Assembly (NCBI GenBank): GCA_051313645.2
Contig: JBNRSN020000016.1
Location: 89,280,001-89,344,000 of the forward strand
DNA length: 64,000 nt
Reading direction: 5' to 3'
Origin: Centroscyllium fabricii
Lineage: Eukaryota
Part shown: positions 23,847 to 35,811 of the stretch, piece after piece
How positions within the stretch are numbered: the first letter of the stretch is position 1
Layout: every line of letters begins with the position of its first letter
Made by a program: the position numbers and the translations under genes
Notes under the pieces: model-generated
What the model was told of the DNA's origin: nothing
The model's input: the letters and a program-made list of their open reading frames with translations, nothing else
The model's database searches: none

Positions 23847-24558
23847 CGGGTCCATGTGGGGTTGGGTGTGTACACATCCTCTGGGTCTGTGTGGGTCGGG
23901 TGTGTACACATCCTCTGGGTCTGTGTGGGTCGGGTGTGTACACATCCTCTGGGTCTGTGTGGGGTCGGGTGTGGACACATCCTCTGAGTCTGTGTGGGTC
24001 GGGTGTGTACACATCCTCTGGGTCCACGTGGGGTCGGGTGTGGACACATCCTCTGGGTCTGTGTGGGGTCGGGTGTGGACACATCCTCTGAGTCTGTGTG
24101 GGGTCGGGTGTGCACACATCCTCTGGGTCTGTGTGGGGTCGGGTGTGTACACATCCTCTGGGTCCACGTGGGGTCGGGTGTGGACACATCCTCTGGGTCC
24201 ACGTGGGGTCAGGTGTGGACACATCCTCTGGGTCTGTGTGGGGTCGGGTGTGGACACATCCTCTGGGTCTGTGTGGGGTCAGGTGTGTACACATCCTCTG
24301 GGTCCACGTGGGGTCGGGTGTGGACACATCCTTTGGGTCCATGTGGGGTCAGGTGTGGACACATCCTCTGGGTCTGTGTGGGGTCAGGTGTGGACACATC
24401 CTCTGGGTCTGTGTGTGGTCGGGTGTGTACACATCCTCTGGGTCTGTGTGGGGTCGGGTGTGTACACATCCTCTGGGTCTGTGTGGGGTCGGGTGTGTAC
24501 ACATCCTCTGGGTCCACGTGGGGTCGGGTGTGTACACATCCTCTGGGTCTGTGTGGGG
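23847..24558. repeat. 35-bp minisatellite, about 20 copies
   Basis: Unit GGGTCTGTGTGGGGTCGGGTGTGTACACATCCTCT with 34-bp and CCAC/GGAC variants. Confidence 0.95.
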
Positions 24559-25227
24559 CTGCTTTTGGAAGCGGGGACAATGGCTGCAGGGGTGATTCAA
24601 ATCACAATACTGGCATGAACAAAAGGAAATCCAGTAACAATCCATCAGTCATCATGATCTTCAGACTCACATACAGAACATTATTTGAATATTTTAGTGT
24701 AACGTCAGGCTGTGTTCATATTTTAAGATGTGAAAGCGTTTGGTGCATTCAAGGAGTGTTCATTTATACAGGTTTCACTGTACTATTGCTGCGTTAAAGT
24801 GCTATGTATGAAATGTGCAGGGTATGCACTAGACCTACTTTACATAATATATCTGTACATCCCTTTGACTTTTAACTCCAAAGTGCAACTATTAGCCTTC
24901 ATCCTGCAAATAATACATTCAAACTCGTCTTTACTTTTTATGAAAATTGTATGACATTACAGTCACAAAGAGGAAGGAAAATCGATGGGGAAGTAGCTTT
25001 ATTCAAACTATTCGCACCGTTAAAAGAAGAAATTGTATTATTCAAAGCTTTGTGGGAAATTGAAACATTCCTGCTACCATTGCACATCAGGTCTCTTTCC
25101 TTGCTAGGCAGTTCTGATGACATTTATTATGGAGAACACCACAAGCGATCCCATTGCAAACTGCAAGGAAGGAGGTGTCTTCAGGCTGACCTGAGGGCCA
25201 TTTTGAAGCAGGATCACAGGAAACCAT

Positions 25228-25457
25228 CTATGACAGCAAAATACTGTGGATGCTGAAAATCCGAAACAACGACAGAAAACACTGGAGAAACTCAGCAGGC
25301 CCGGCAGCATCGGTGGAGAGAGGAACAGAGTGAACGTTTCCGGTCGATGACCTTTCTCCAGTTCTGAAGAAAGGTCATCAACCTGAAACGTCAACTCTGT
25401 TTCTCTCTCCACCGATGCTGCCTGGCCTGCTGAGTTTCTCCAGCGTTTTCTGTTGTT
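25228..25457. mobile_element. Penelope-derived palindromic short element
   Basis: Long inverted repeat; perfect 15-bp TSD ATCACAGGAAACCAT (25213-25227, 25458-25472). Confidence 0.88.
25360..25396 (+). ncRNA. Minimal type I hammerhead ribozyme motif
   Basis: Stem I AGTT/AACT; core CTGAAGA; extra A; stem II AGGT-CATCA-ACCT; GAAAC-GTC with palindromic ACGT stem III; predicted cleavage after C25392. Confidence 0.7.
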
Positions 25458-26647
25458 ATCACAGGAAACCATGCTGCAAACAGCTGCCAGGCAGCTCAGT
25501 AGCTGATTTGAAGTCCTACCTTGTGAGACTGCCCAAACTTATTTCACACAAGACCTTTACACGAACAGTGTGAGGAAAAATCCATTCAGCCAATCTAGGC
25601 TGGGCTCAATTCCAGATTCTAAACATTAAAAAAAAAAGCCAATATTGTAAGTCAATCAAATCTTGAACCACTCCCAAAACATGTTTTTTTTCTTTACTTG
25701 AAATTACAATGAATCCCTTTAATGAGAATAATTCCATTAGGTAAGGAGTTAGTCAGCAACATATGAAAATATCTTTTTAGCATGCTGGCCAACATGTTTG
25801 AGTAGTGTAGTTATACCCATTTTTGTGGTTTCTGCATCACAACAATCCAAAAATAACAGTCTGACTCGGGTTCTATTACAACTCTAAAGCAGAGCAGTGC
25901 GAGACCTCTCGGAGGAGTTCATCTCGCATTGCTTTGGCTTGACATCACATGTGCTATAACTCCAGCACAATGTTTTGCCAAGCTTAAGAAGTGCTTAAAG
26001 CAGTTACTGGATCACTAGGACATTTTATAAACCTAAGCAGAGCTTATTTAAATATTTTGAGAGGGTGGGTACTCTCCCCATTTAAATTTGTGCCAGGAGT
26101 GGCAGTCTGCACGTTTGCAAAGAGCTCTCTCCTAGCCAGGAAATTCCAATTTCACAGCCAGGCAGCATAAACAAGCTGCAACCAGTGGCAAATAGATCCT
26201 CTAACTACTGACTTAAAGATTTTATATAAATATATATATATTTACAATAAACAATCAACAATAGGTTATACTACCAATAATACCAAGGTCTACTATTTTA
26301 TAACTTGAAAATTTTTTTTAGCTTCGAATTTTTAATTTCACTTTATTAAAAGAGGTGTACAAAATTATGAGGGGCATAGATAGGGTAGATAGAAAGGATC
26401 TTTTTCCCTGAGTAGAGGGATCAATAACAAGGGGGCACAGTTTAAAGGTACGGGGCAGGAGGTTGAGGGGATTTGAGGAAGAACTTTTTCACCCAGAGGG
26501 TGGTTGGAATCTGGAACTCACCCACTGAAAGGGTGGTAGAGGCAGGAACCCTCACAACATTCAAGAAGCATTTAGATGAGCACTTGAACTGCCATAGCAA
26601 ACAAGGCTACGGACCAAGTGCTACAAAGTGGGATTAGAATAGACTGG

Positions 26648-27680
26648 AATAATAACAGAAAACGCTGGAGAAACTCAGCAGGCCAGGCAGCATTGATGGA
26701 GAGAGAAACAGAGTTAATGGGGGGAATTTTCTGGAAGGGCGGGAACCTGGTGGGGATTGGTCTGGGCGGCTGCCGGTCCCGCCCGCCCAAACAGCTGGGA
26801 AGCCCGCGCAATTTTAGGTTAATGAGGTTGTTAAATCCCCGTCGGAGGTAATTAGTTGAATCCAGTCGGGCTGCAGCAGAGCTGCTAGCACTTTGATTGA
26901 CAGTTCCAGCACTGGTTGTTGTCAGTTCCCATGGTAACACTCCACTGTGACATCACAGTGGAGTGGAGCCAATGGGAAAGGCCAAGTGCTGGTGACTGAC
27001 AGGTGGGTGGGCGGGCTCCGAATCCCTCACAGCCGGTGCAAGCTGTGAGGCCATTGTGAGAACTGAGATTGCTCAGTTTCTGGTCAGAGCTGATACTGAA
27101 GGCAGAATGGAGTTACTATCTCCTCTAAGGTGCTGAAGGCATGCCAAGCATTCGGCAGCATGTCCTTCAGACCTTAAAGGAGAAAGTAATAAATTCAGGA
27201 AGTCACACACCAGGTTATAGTGCAAAAGTTATAAGCAGCGCTGTGCTCCCGCTGGGTTTTACCCAGCGGGGTTTAAGGTGGCGGGGTTAGGGCGGGAAAC
27301 ACGGCAAAATGGCTGAGGGCCCTTAAAATGGCATTAAAGATGCCAATTAAGGGCCCTTAATGAGGTGACAACCCATCCCCGCCGGTCGGTGGCGGGAAGG
27401 TTTCGGGGCGGGGAATCGGGAAAATGAGAAAACGGCGGGGAGGGGCGGGACCCGCCGGTTCTGCTATTTTGCCGGCCGGGCCGCCCAAAACCCCGCCTCA
27501 CGGGGACATGAAAATTCCCCCCAATGTTTCAGGTCGATGACCTTTCTTCTGAAGAAAGGTCATCGACCTGAAACATTAACTCTGTTTCTCTCTCCACTGA
27601 TGCTGCCTGGCCAGCTGAGTTTCTCTGGCGTTTTCTGTTATTATTTCAGATTTCCAGCATCTGCAGTATTTTGCTATCGC
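26648..27680. mobile_element. Penelope-derived palindromic element, host of Harbinger MITE 3
   Basis: 15-bp TSD ATTAGMATAGACTGG (26633-26647, 27681-27695); hammerhead core CTGAAGA..GAAAC at 27549-27574. Confidence 0.85.
26719..27522. mobile_element. Harbinger MITE 3, related to elements 1 and 2
   Basis: 13-bp perfect TIR GGGGGGAATTTTC; TSD AAT (26716-26718, 27523-27525); ~250-bp subterminal region homologous to 21660-21919. Confidence 0.9.
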
Positions 27681-27949
27681 ATTAGCATAGACTGGGCTTG
27701 ACGGACGCGATGGGCCGAAGGGCCTCTTTCTGTGCTCTATAACTCTGACTCGATGAACTTGTTCCAAAATATTTTTTAGGCTCCTGCTAACAGAAGTCCT
27801 CATGCCACATGCTTGCAGTTCGAGAATGGAGATGGGCCAACGGTTACCTCGCACACTCTTCCATTCAGTCCTCTCCTATTGGCCTTCCACTTTAACAAGG
27901 TGGGAGGCTTGGCCAACAGTGACTTCACAACCCAGCCGGCGGCGCACCG

Positions 27950-28220
27950 GCGCCATGTTGGCGGTGACGTCACGGAGTCCGGGCTGGGCGCTGTGACGTC
28001 ACGGATCCCCCGGGTTGGGCGCAGTGACATCACGGAGTCCGGGCTGGGCGCGGTGACGTCACGGACCCCCCGGGCTGGGCGCGGTGACGTCACGGAGTCC
28101 GGGCTGGGCACCATGTTGGCGGTGACATCACGGCGCTGTGACGTCACGGAGTCCGGGCTGGGCGCAGTGACGTCACGGAGTCCGGGCTGGGCGCGGTGAC
28201 GTCACTGGCTGGGCGCGGTG
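27950..28220. repeat. ~30-bp GC-rich tandem array of GTGACGTCAC (CRE) palindromes
   Basis: Seven TGACGTCA plus two TGACATCA variants in a GGAGTCCGGGCTGGGCGC framework. Confidence 0.85.
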
Positions 28221-31200
28221 ATTGGGCAGGGGCGGGGCTGAGCTCGCGCTGGGAGTCAGTGCCGATCCCGCCGCGCTCTCCAACTCACTTCTCCCCCCAC
28301 TCGGCGTACAAAATCCCCCAGTGCTACAAACAGCAGCAGCAAAAATAAAGGGCACGCACCCACTATTGACAAACCTGCCCTTGGATTTTTTAAAAAAAAC
28401 AAATGCGAGTCACCTGTAAACATGCCACTAACTGGTCTGACGTTCCCGCAGACAGCGCCTCGCTCAGCTTGTGCGCCGAATCTGGCGGCCGGTGAGCGCC
28501 CAGGCTGACGCCGGGATCGCCAGTCACCCTGCCTCATCCATTCGCCGAGCCAGTGCAGTGCAGTGCCTCCGGGGGCCGGCATTACCTCCCTGGAGCAACA
28601 TAGCTGCGGGGCGGCAGCTCCCCCCTCGCCTCCAGAGACAGGGAGCCGGGCTCCTTGTGCATCCCGTCAGTGCCGCTTCAGATCAAACATTTAAACTGCA
28701 GACAATCCGATTTTTACTGTGTGATCAGAAAGCAAATTGGTGCGAAGCAATAGTATCCCCCCCCCCCCCCCCCCGCCGCCTCACCATTTGATCCAGGCAT
28801 CTTCCGAAATTAGACTAGATCCGCAGTTTTTAAATAGCAGTGGCAGTTGTTTTATTGGAGAACAAAAAGAAAAAAGATGAATGAAAACAGAACTATTGAT
28901 ACATTACGCAACATCTCAGATTTCTGTAAATATTTGACCGCGCTTTACTGGCTTTTGTTTGTGTTTTGTTTTGAGGATTGTGTGTGGCACTGCAGTTGTG
29001 ATCTTCCAGTTTGGTAATCCTCAAGGATTTGTCTTAGGGTCAGATAAGTATCAATTCAAATCAAGAGGATTACTGAGGAATCCAAAACTGAGAACAATGA
29101 GTGAGCAAGTTTTAATTGTCACCTGGCCTGAATATTTAACTTTATAGAGACAAATTTAAGATATATTTTAGCTTAATTTTAGAGAATGACCTACACTCTG
29201 ACAAACTATTTCGTTTTCCTTTATTTTTTATGAATGGCGTATTAGGGGACGTTACAAAATAAAGTAATTGTTCTACAGCTTTTAAAAATACATTTATTAT
29301 GGGGCGCTTAGCGGACTAGAAATATTTTATGGTGTGATAACTCGGATCCTGCGCAAATCACATTAACTTTTGAAGTTATGCGTTCCACCTTTTAAAAGCT
29401 TTGGCATATTTGGTGTGAAAACATGATGATGACACAACATATGTGACATTTTCATCTTTATAATTAAATCACTGTAGGAAATAATTTTCTGCATATTTTA
29501 GTGGCAGAATAACTTGACTGTTGGGTGATGAATTTTCTTTCACGCTTCTTTATTTTAAGTTGTAATTATGTAACACAATAGAAACGTAGATTTGCATTTC
29601 AAACGAATGCATCAGGCGGAACGGGACAAAATGTTAAGCAAAGTAAATATAAAATTCATACAATTGTGATAATTCGTGTTTCTTTCCAACGAAAAGGGAA
29701 GTTCTATTTGCATATGAAAAATAATCAAATACACACGATACTTTGTAACTTCTTTATCAATGAGTATTTCATTTAACTGAGTCTGTCTTTATTGGTATTA
29801 CGCTCTCGTGTACTGCGTAACCTACAGCTTTTAATCAGGATGTTTGTTCGGATCTCGCAATCTGCTGTTCAAATGTTGCGGCTTGTCCTTCTTTACAACA
29901 ACAGTAATTAAATGCTGCGATTGTACTCTCTGATCGTCACTTTTGAAAACCAAGTGTGTCCTTGCCGAAACTAGCCCCAATACACATTTTACTTCCCAGC
30001 ATCAAACGCGATTCACTCAATTACAGAGGACTTAAACACTATAATTAAATGATTAAAAAAATTTAAAGGTCAGTGTATGGATGGCCACAGGGAATTGGCT
30101 GTGCAAATAAATGTGAAACGGAAGAATTTTTCAGAACAATTTGCACTTAAGCCGTGCGATTTCCTTCTGAGCAAATACTGCATGCGATGAAACAATTCTT
30201 ATTTAAATTTCAAGCTAGTTAAAATTTTAGATCGAATTAAAATATTTTGAAGACAGTGAATATAAACTACATCAAAATGTATTTCTAATGATCACATTTC
30301 TATTTGTGATAGATGTTATCGAATATGTGTATTTAATATGTATCTAAAATCGAATTACATTACTTAGATTTAAGAATGCTGGATAAGGAATGAGTTGAGT
30401 GCTGTATGACAATTGATAGGGGGCATAGCATAGTTATTCAGTACAAACATTCATCGTATCCTTCATTTAAATACAAGACAGAAATTGAGTACAGTCTAAT
30501 GTTGTATGCGTCGGTGTCATTTGTAAATTGATATTTTAACATTTTATTTCGTCTCAAAGCAACACAAATAGTTTGCACGTATGTGGACAATATCGTTTTC
30601 ATTAAATTTTACTTTAATAGAAATAAACTATTCTAAAAAGATCGTCTCCGCTGTTTACTAGTTGTACGTGCAAATGTGTTTGATCGAAAAGAGCAAATTT
30701 GATTTTTTTTAAAATCACTGTAGAAATCTATTCATTTGTTATTTAGAACCGATTTTATGTAGCCGTCTCGAAAATGAAGGTACAATTCGAAATGATGTAG
30801 AAACAAGTTTCGGATGATGAACTTTAAAGCTTCCTCCTATGTGGCGGTGTTGTGTATCTGTATTTCAAAAATATTGCAATTGCTTTCGTTCGACTTGCAT
30901 TAAAGATCGGGAAATGTTTCAATTCTTTTGCTATATTAGATTTGTCAAACTGCATGAACACGAGGTAAGTAAGCACAACAATCGGCGCTCTGATCCGGGA
31001 TAGAAGACCAGACGGGACCATCCACAGCGAGCACTGGGCTTGCATCACACAAACTTCAGGTTTATTAGTGACTTGGTTTCACTTTTAAAATAAATCAAAT
31101 AGTCCCTTCATTTATACGTTACGCATTTTGACGTAGCAAATGAATCGTTTCGCGGTGAAAGAGGAGACAGATCTGAAGTTATGTTTTAACAATACATAAA

Positions 31201-33012
31201 TAAGCCTCTCCCCTGACAGGTTCTCTGCAGATAAACATGCCGGAAGCTGATGCCCCCACAGACAAACAAAGTGTTCAATTTAATCCCGTTTGAGTGCCAG
31301 GAAGACAAAAGGACGAAGCGAATACCCAGAGCAGTTCCAAGGATCGTTTAGCGTCTAGTCCTGTAAATATTGGGGAATTTGGCTTGTTGTAAAACCCAGA
31401 GAGGATGCTGTGCTCGAATTAACAGTTCCTGCATTGCAGGAAGTGCAACGATGTGTAAAATTAAACGCAGCTGTCGAAAAGGGGGGGAAAAAGATCACTT
31501 CAATAAAAGAAATGGACTGTTCAAGGCAAATACCTGCCGTTTCATTAGGATAAAGGCTATGCGATCTTTATTGGGGCTCATAGATCTTAAGTTCCAAAAG
31601 GGACCGAGACAGTGTTCCATGGGAATGTAGTAAAATGAAAAGCATTATTGGAACAGGGCTTTTGTGTTTATTTCACCCAATATCCCTGCAAGTGATTGGC
31701 CTGGTAATAGGAAAGCAAACATGAAAATGTGGTATAGATTTTTAGCCTCATTAAGGAAGCGCTCACCATTTAGCGTCAGTCAATCAATTATAATCAAGAG
31801 TAAAGACACACGGCATTATTGTAAAAGCATTGGCCCGGTGATGTTATAGTAAATGAGGAGATCGGTCCCGGCACGCATTCCATCTGCAGAGAAATCTTTT
31901 AAAATCAGCTTTGCATTTCAGCAACAAAGTTGATCAGGAAAGTGATTCTAGCGAGCAGGAGGGCGGGACGTATCAAAGCTCCCTTTGAAAACGTGGCCGT
32001 TTAAAAGTGCGTATTTTAAGACAAAAGGGGGGACAAATCATTTTTTTTAAAGTTTCAGTAAAATCAAGCATTTCATTTATGTATTTCTTGTAGATTAATA
32101 CTACCGATCCGCTATCTAACGCCGGCAAATGTCTTCTAATAGATGTTCGAGTTTTTTTGGACAGTACTTTGCTCTTTGCGCAGAAGTTATTCAAACACGC
32201 AACATTCCTCTAAAGCGTTCAACAGGCTGAAGAGAATTTTAAGTGGAATGGACCGACCTCATACATAATATAGTCTGTGTGGAGATGGAAGGGATTGCAA
32301 ATGATACAAGCCGTCAATCATTCTCAGAATCGCTGGTCTAAATAAAACGCACAAGCCCTTCCTTAAAGATCCCAAACTTGCAAGTAGATTGAATTGTAAA
32401 AAGTAGCTCATAGTTATTTCCCCACTTTCTCTTTCGTTTCGCCAACCATTAACATTTGAGAATGACAAGCCCCACTTTGGTACAGCAGCTATAAAACAGT
32501 ATCTAGTTTGACCAGACTGCAATGATGATGGTGCACCTTTATTGAGGTACAACTGCAACCGTGTATTGCCTTCCACAATTGGGCGCACAACTGGAAATGC
32601 CCGAACGACCATAGTTCTTGAAACATATGTGGCTGTTGGCAGGAACACCTTTTGTTGCACCTAATGAAAAGCTCACAAGATATTCCAGAGCAGTCGTGAT
32701 AATCCACTTCGCCATTTAGTAAACTTGGGCCAATTGGCTGTAGTCATTAGGAAACAACTTGTCTGCAATACAAAATATTCTAGAGTTGAAAGAAAATGGG
32801 ATCAGAAAACGCTTCCTGTAGTAGCAATAATTTGCACAATCGACCTTGCATCAACGGTAAGCAGTCAATATAATTTCGTTTTTTAGTAAATTTCCCAATT
32901 CCATAATAAGTAGAAAACAGCTTATACAATTATCAACAGTCTTATACGGCATATTATATTGCAACCCGTTACAGGTACTGTACACTTGGTTCAAGTAAAT
33001 GCATTCTATATA

Positions 33013-33035
33013 ACACACACACACACACACACACA
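33013..33035. repeat. (CA)n microsatellite
   Basis: Direct inspection. Confidence 0.9.
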
Positions 33036-35370
33036 GGTAGTGGCTTCGGCGATAACTAATTTAAGAGATAAGAGAAAACAAATATCCAGCACAAAAGCAA
33101 TTACCAGGGCTGAAGCCCAGCTCCTCCCATCAATAGTGACTGAAGGACGGAAGGAGCCTGATCTAATCGATACTGTAATTAAAGATCCTATGAAGCGACC
33201 AGAGAGTGAGAAGCAGGCGAAGAATTTATAATCCTGTCCCTGTGAGCACTTTATGAAGGAAAATCATTGGGAAAAGCTCCCTCTGTCTCCTTCGATGTCA
33301 ATACTGTGCGAACAGCAAGTAGGAGACAGCTGGAAAAGACTGTCAATAAGATCTGCTCGCTTTTTCTTTCATAGAAACAGCAGCGAGGAATTATTTCCAG
33401 CGCAAAGGGGGCGTTTTGGCGAAAGGAATCTGTCCAATTCCCCCACCATCCCCTGCTAGTAGACGGCAGCGAAAATACCTCAATCAATTGGGTCAATATT
33501 AAAACGCAGTTTGATTAAGTTGCCAAACATCCTCCACAATCTACTAGTTACTACTACTCTCGGGGAGGAATCTCTTTAACCAAGAGGCTGACATTTTAGT
33601 CTCAAGCACTCATACTACTTTAATCTTTAAATACAAGTGCAGGGAGATTTAACTTGGGTACAAGATGCAGCCCAGCATGCAGGCTGTGTTTTCAAACCGA
33701 GTAGATAGGCAATAGGTTATCAGAGATATCACAAAGCTCTCTCTGCACATCAAGTTCCTCATCTAGTAGTTTAAGTCGACAACACTGGATTATAATTACC
33801 GAGCTGTTTATTAAAAAGTGTATAACTGATTTCATTTGATGCTGTACTATTGAAATATTTCACTTATTCCATTCATTATTGCTGAGACTAGTCATGAGTT
33901 GCTTAGTGGTATATTGTGAAAGGCGCATTGGCAGTCATTACCTAGTAGTCTTTACATACGCCAGACCATGCAATAATGGAATGTCCTTATCGTAGTGTCA
34001 TTTTTTCAACCGAATCATCTTTTAAAATCACATCATTCTGCATTGTTGTTTTAACTCCTTTGTTTTAGAAACTCCTCAGATTAGTCGTTTTCAAAAAGCG
34101 CTGCTGATTTGAATAGATTAATTTTTTTAAGCCTTTTACAAATGGACACTTACCTAGTTTCGAAAATAGGTCAATTGGATTGAAGAGAGTGCACAGGGCC
34201 CCAAAAGCAAGTGTTTTAAGAGAGAAAGCAAAAATACACACGCATCAAGGGTGGCTGTTGCAAAACTCATGTATTTGATTAAATGAGTAAGAATTACAGT
34301 ACCTCAGCTGTTAGTAGGTATTAAATTTTAGTGAAACTGGATCGTTTCTTCCAGCTTTCCAAGAAAGTGCATATATCAGTCACAAGGGTTTTTCATACCT
34401 AATACAAAATTATTACACAATAAAACACTATCTCTCATCGGTCGGTGAAGATGAAGCTTTGTCTTAAGCAACGTACCGGTACAGTATATACATTAATGAT
34501 TTCCCTAGACATGTGTCATTATGATATATATATACACACAAGACATAATCTACAATAGCTTCATATTACTCCCTTCAAAGTTGTTCAAAAGATGCATTTA
34601 CGTAGCAGCAATGTGAAAGTCCAGCACATTTTTCTTCTATACTAAATATACCTATGGGGCAGAAAACCTTATTGTATTTAAAGGTACAATAACAAGAGTT
34701 TCCTTCTATGACCATCGTGCTTATTACTTCACTGAAACTCATCAACATTTAAGATGACGTAAGTGAAAAGCACAATACAAAGAACCATTTAGAACATAAA
34801 TGGTTTAACCTACAAAAAAAACTTGCAATTTCACTTGGTGTTAAAAACAGTAAAGGGTAAACTGCATACAGAGCAACGGCATCGACATTCAGTTTGAAGT
34901 CTGCAATTTACAGTTATTTTGTTAATGGAAGGTATGACTGAACAATTAACTGATTGTGAATACTCCAGCAGACTACCAAAACTTTACATTATATATACAG
35001 ACCTTTCTTAGTGAGGAATGGTCTAGTGAGGCATTGCACCAATGCCAGTCATGTTAAAACTAGATTACTCACAAATCATAAAATAAGTTAATGCAAGGGC
35101 AAAAATCACCTAACAGAATAGGTCTGCAAATGCTAGGAAACTTACATGTTTAAAGCACTCTAGTCCATTAGTATATAGGCCAAGATGCTGAAGACCAGTA
35201 GTTTACATTTGCAACTTGTTTGCAAAGCAAAGTTATTATCACTAATAAATAAGTTTTTCATACAACACTAAAAGTTAGGCATTGTACAAAAGGTGTTCGC
35301 ACAACACTTTGGTCCATTGGCCTGAAAGACGCCCCAGATTACTTCCATTGTTGGAATGTTGACTGTCACT

Positions 35371-35811
35371 TTAGTTTGATACAATTTCTTTGTTGTCTTC
35401 CACCAAGCGGGTGAATCTATGGTTCGTTCCATTTTCAGTGGCTGCCATTTTCTCCAGACCAGCTAGAGGTGCACTGGGTTCAGTACTGTGAAGCTTCTCC
35501 ATGCTTCCCGTTAAACCACTGATGGGTGAGCTGCCACCATTGCCCAGACTAGCGGGGTTTGGAGGAAGTCCACCATTCTGAATCACTGAAATCTCATTGG
35601 TCTTCATTGCTAAGCCGTTCGTTAGTGCAGCTGCATACTGGTTCCAAAATGAAGAAGGGTCTCCATCGCGAGCCCGAACAGCCAAATCCTTCTGAAGCAT
35701 TTCTGTGAATTTAATAGGATTCCCGCCTAGGAAGGCCATGGGACCATCCACTGAAAGACGCCGCCCTCGCCTTGCAGGGGCACTGTTCCACATGTGTGTC
35801 CCCATATGAAC
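35371..35811 (-). CDS. SALL1: Spalt-like zinc finger transcription factor SALL1, exon 3
   Basis: CAG acceptor then [62 protein letters not shown]; phase 0. Confidence 0.95.
   Translation of the reverse strand, partial: VHMGTHMWNSAPARRGRRLSVDGPMAFLGGNPIKFTEMLQKDLAVRARDGDPSSFWNQYAAALTNGLAMKTNEISVIQNGGLPPNPASLGNGGSSPISGLTGSMEKLHSTEPSAPLAGLEKMAATENGTNHRFTRLVEDNKEIVSN

Larger units (their letters stand above)
26350..27750 (+). mobile_element. CR1 LINE 3' end (26350-26647 and 27681-27750), split by the Penelope-repeat insertion
   Basis: EVYKIMRGIDRVD..FFTQRVVGIWN homology; 3' hairpin GATGGGCCGAAGGGCCTC resumes after the insertion. Confidence 0.8.

Noticed and set aside
23759-24797. Long ORFs in several frames; possible CRISPR-like array
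   Set aside because: ORFs arise from the stop-poor 35-bp minisatellite; units are contiguous with no unique spacers, and the DNA is vertebrate
28320-28800. GC-rich ORFs or a possible extra gene
   Set aside because: No recognisable protein motifs or consistent exon structure
34260-35370. Exact SALL1 polyadenylation site
   Set aside because: AU-rich 3' UTR is plausible but I could not identify an unambiguous signal
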